From Tubiluchus corallicola (taxonomy: Eukaryota > Animalia > Priapulida): a stretch of DNA of 64,000 nucleotides. Under the pieces are notes generated by a model that saw only the letters and a program-made list of their open reading frames with translations, ran no database searches and was not told where the DNA came from. The stretch spans positions 124,001 to 188,000 of the forward strand of contig JAQGDQ010000385.1 of the NCBI GenBank assembly GCA_030141605.1, read 5' to 3'. The position numbers and the translations under genes were made by a program. Of this stretch, positions 50,146 to 64,000 are shown piece after piece (the first letter of the stretch is position 1; every line of letters begins with the position of its first letter).

Positions 50146-50956
50146 GCAGTTTAAAATTAGAATTTTAAATTATACATAAATTTATATGGTATTCTAATAA
50201 TTATGATAAAAACATTTACGTTGTGTTATACGAAAATAAATTGTGAAGACAAACATTAACTAAGTGGTGAAAATTATATTCTCTAGTGAGGTAATTACAA
50301 ACTTAAAATAGGCCCTTTCATCTAGTACTAGGTTTAGGGTTTGTAGATAATGTCTTACTGTGATAAAGTTATTTAAAAAAAACTATGCTCAGTCATGCCA
50401 GCATTCGGATATAATGTTCGTCAGTACTTCAGTATTTTGATTTCTTTCTTCTTTGGGCAAGGTGTTGATAATTACTGTTGAATAACGTGGTGTTTATGCA
50501 ACATGCGGATGCGGATGAATTATAGGGGGGTACGGAATAGATAAAATCGGTTTATATTGTTTTCAGTGCAGCCTGTGTATGCATTATTCTTTTTCTGCAA
50601 CCATTCCTATTGATTTTTTTCTGCAGGCTGTTCCGCAGGTGGAAAACCCATGCTCATCCATAAAGAAAATAAGCTTTAGGTACTTGTCTTCTGCAACATT
50701 ACATTACATATCCAATACTGATTAACAGGATTGGCAGTTATCTGTCATAGTAGTCAACAGTTTTAGTTACAGTTAGCTCGATTAAGCTCGTTAATTTATA
50801 TGCATTATTAGTGTCATTGTGTCATGATTACCGTGATACTGGTTACTGACAGGTAATCTTCTAATTTAAAGTATTGCCATTACAGTAATATTTATTTTCT
50901 AGATTGTGATGTCAGGTATCAGCAAATTATAATCCAGAAATTTTTGGACTGGCTAA

Positions 50957-64000
<13,044 letters not shown>

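Overview
AT-rich animal (invertebrate bilaterian-like; species not determinable) nuclear DNA with spliceosomal genes; no prokaryotic features, rRNA or CRISPR. It holds four genes: the 4.1 kb main exon of a spalt/SALL zinc-finger gene (+), the C-terminal nine exons of NOL11 (+), a complete six-exon PRELID3/slowmo gene (-), and the first nine coding exons of HYDIN (+), head-to-head with PRELID3. A ~17 kb gene-free stretch follows SALL. Repeats include a frameshifted CR1/L2-group LINE, a Helitron-like element, tRNA-SINEs, several MITE families (one nested) and many intronic tandem arrays. Three oddities stand out. (1) A 49-bp tandem array amplifies the HYDIN exon-10 acceptor junction (AG|GT) at least 14 times. 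(2) About 1.9 kb after the apparent NOL11 start codon has exon-like composition but no readable NOL11 coding, as if scrambled. (3) A 64-bp array carries a CTCF-like motif in each unit. Gene names come from my recall of homologous sequences, not database searches; coordinates were counted by hand.
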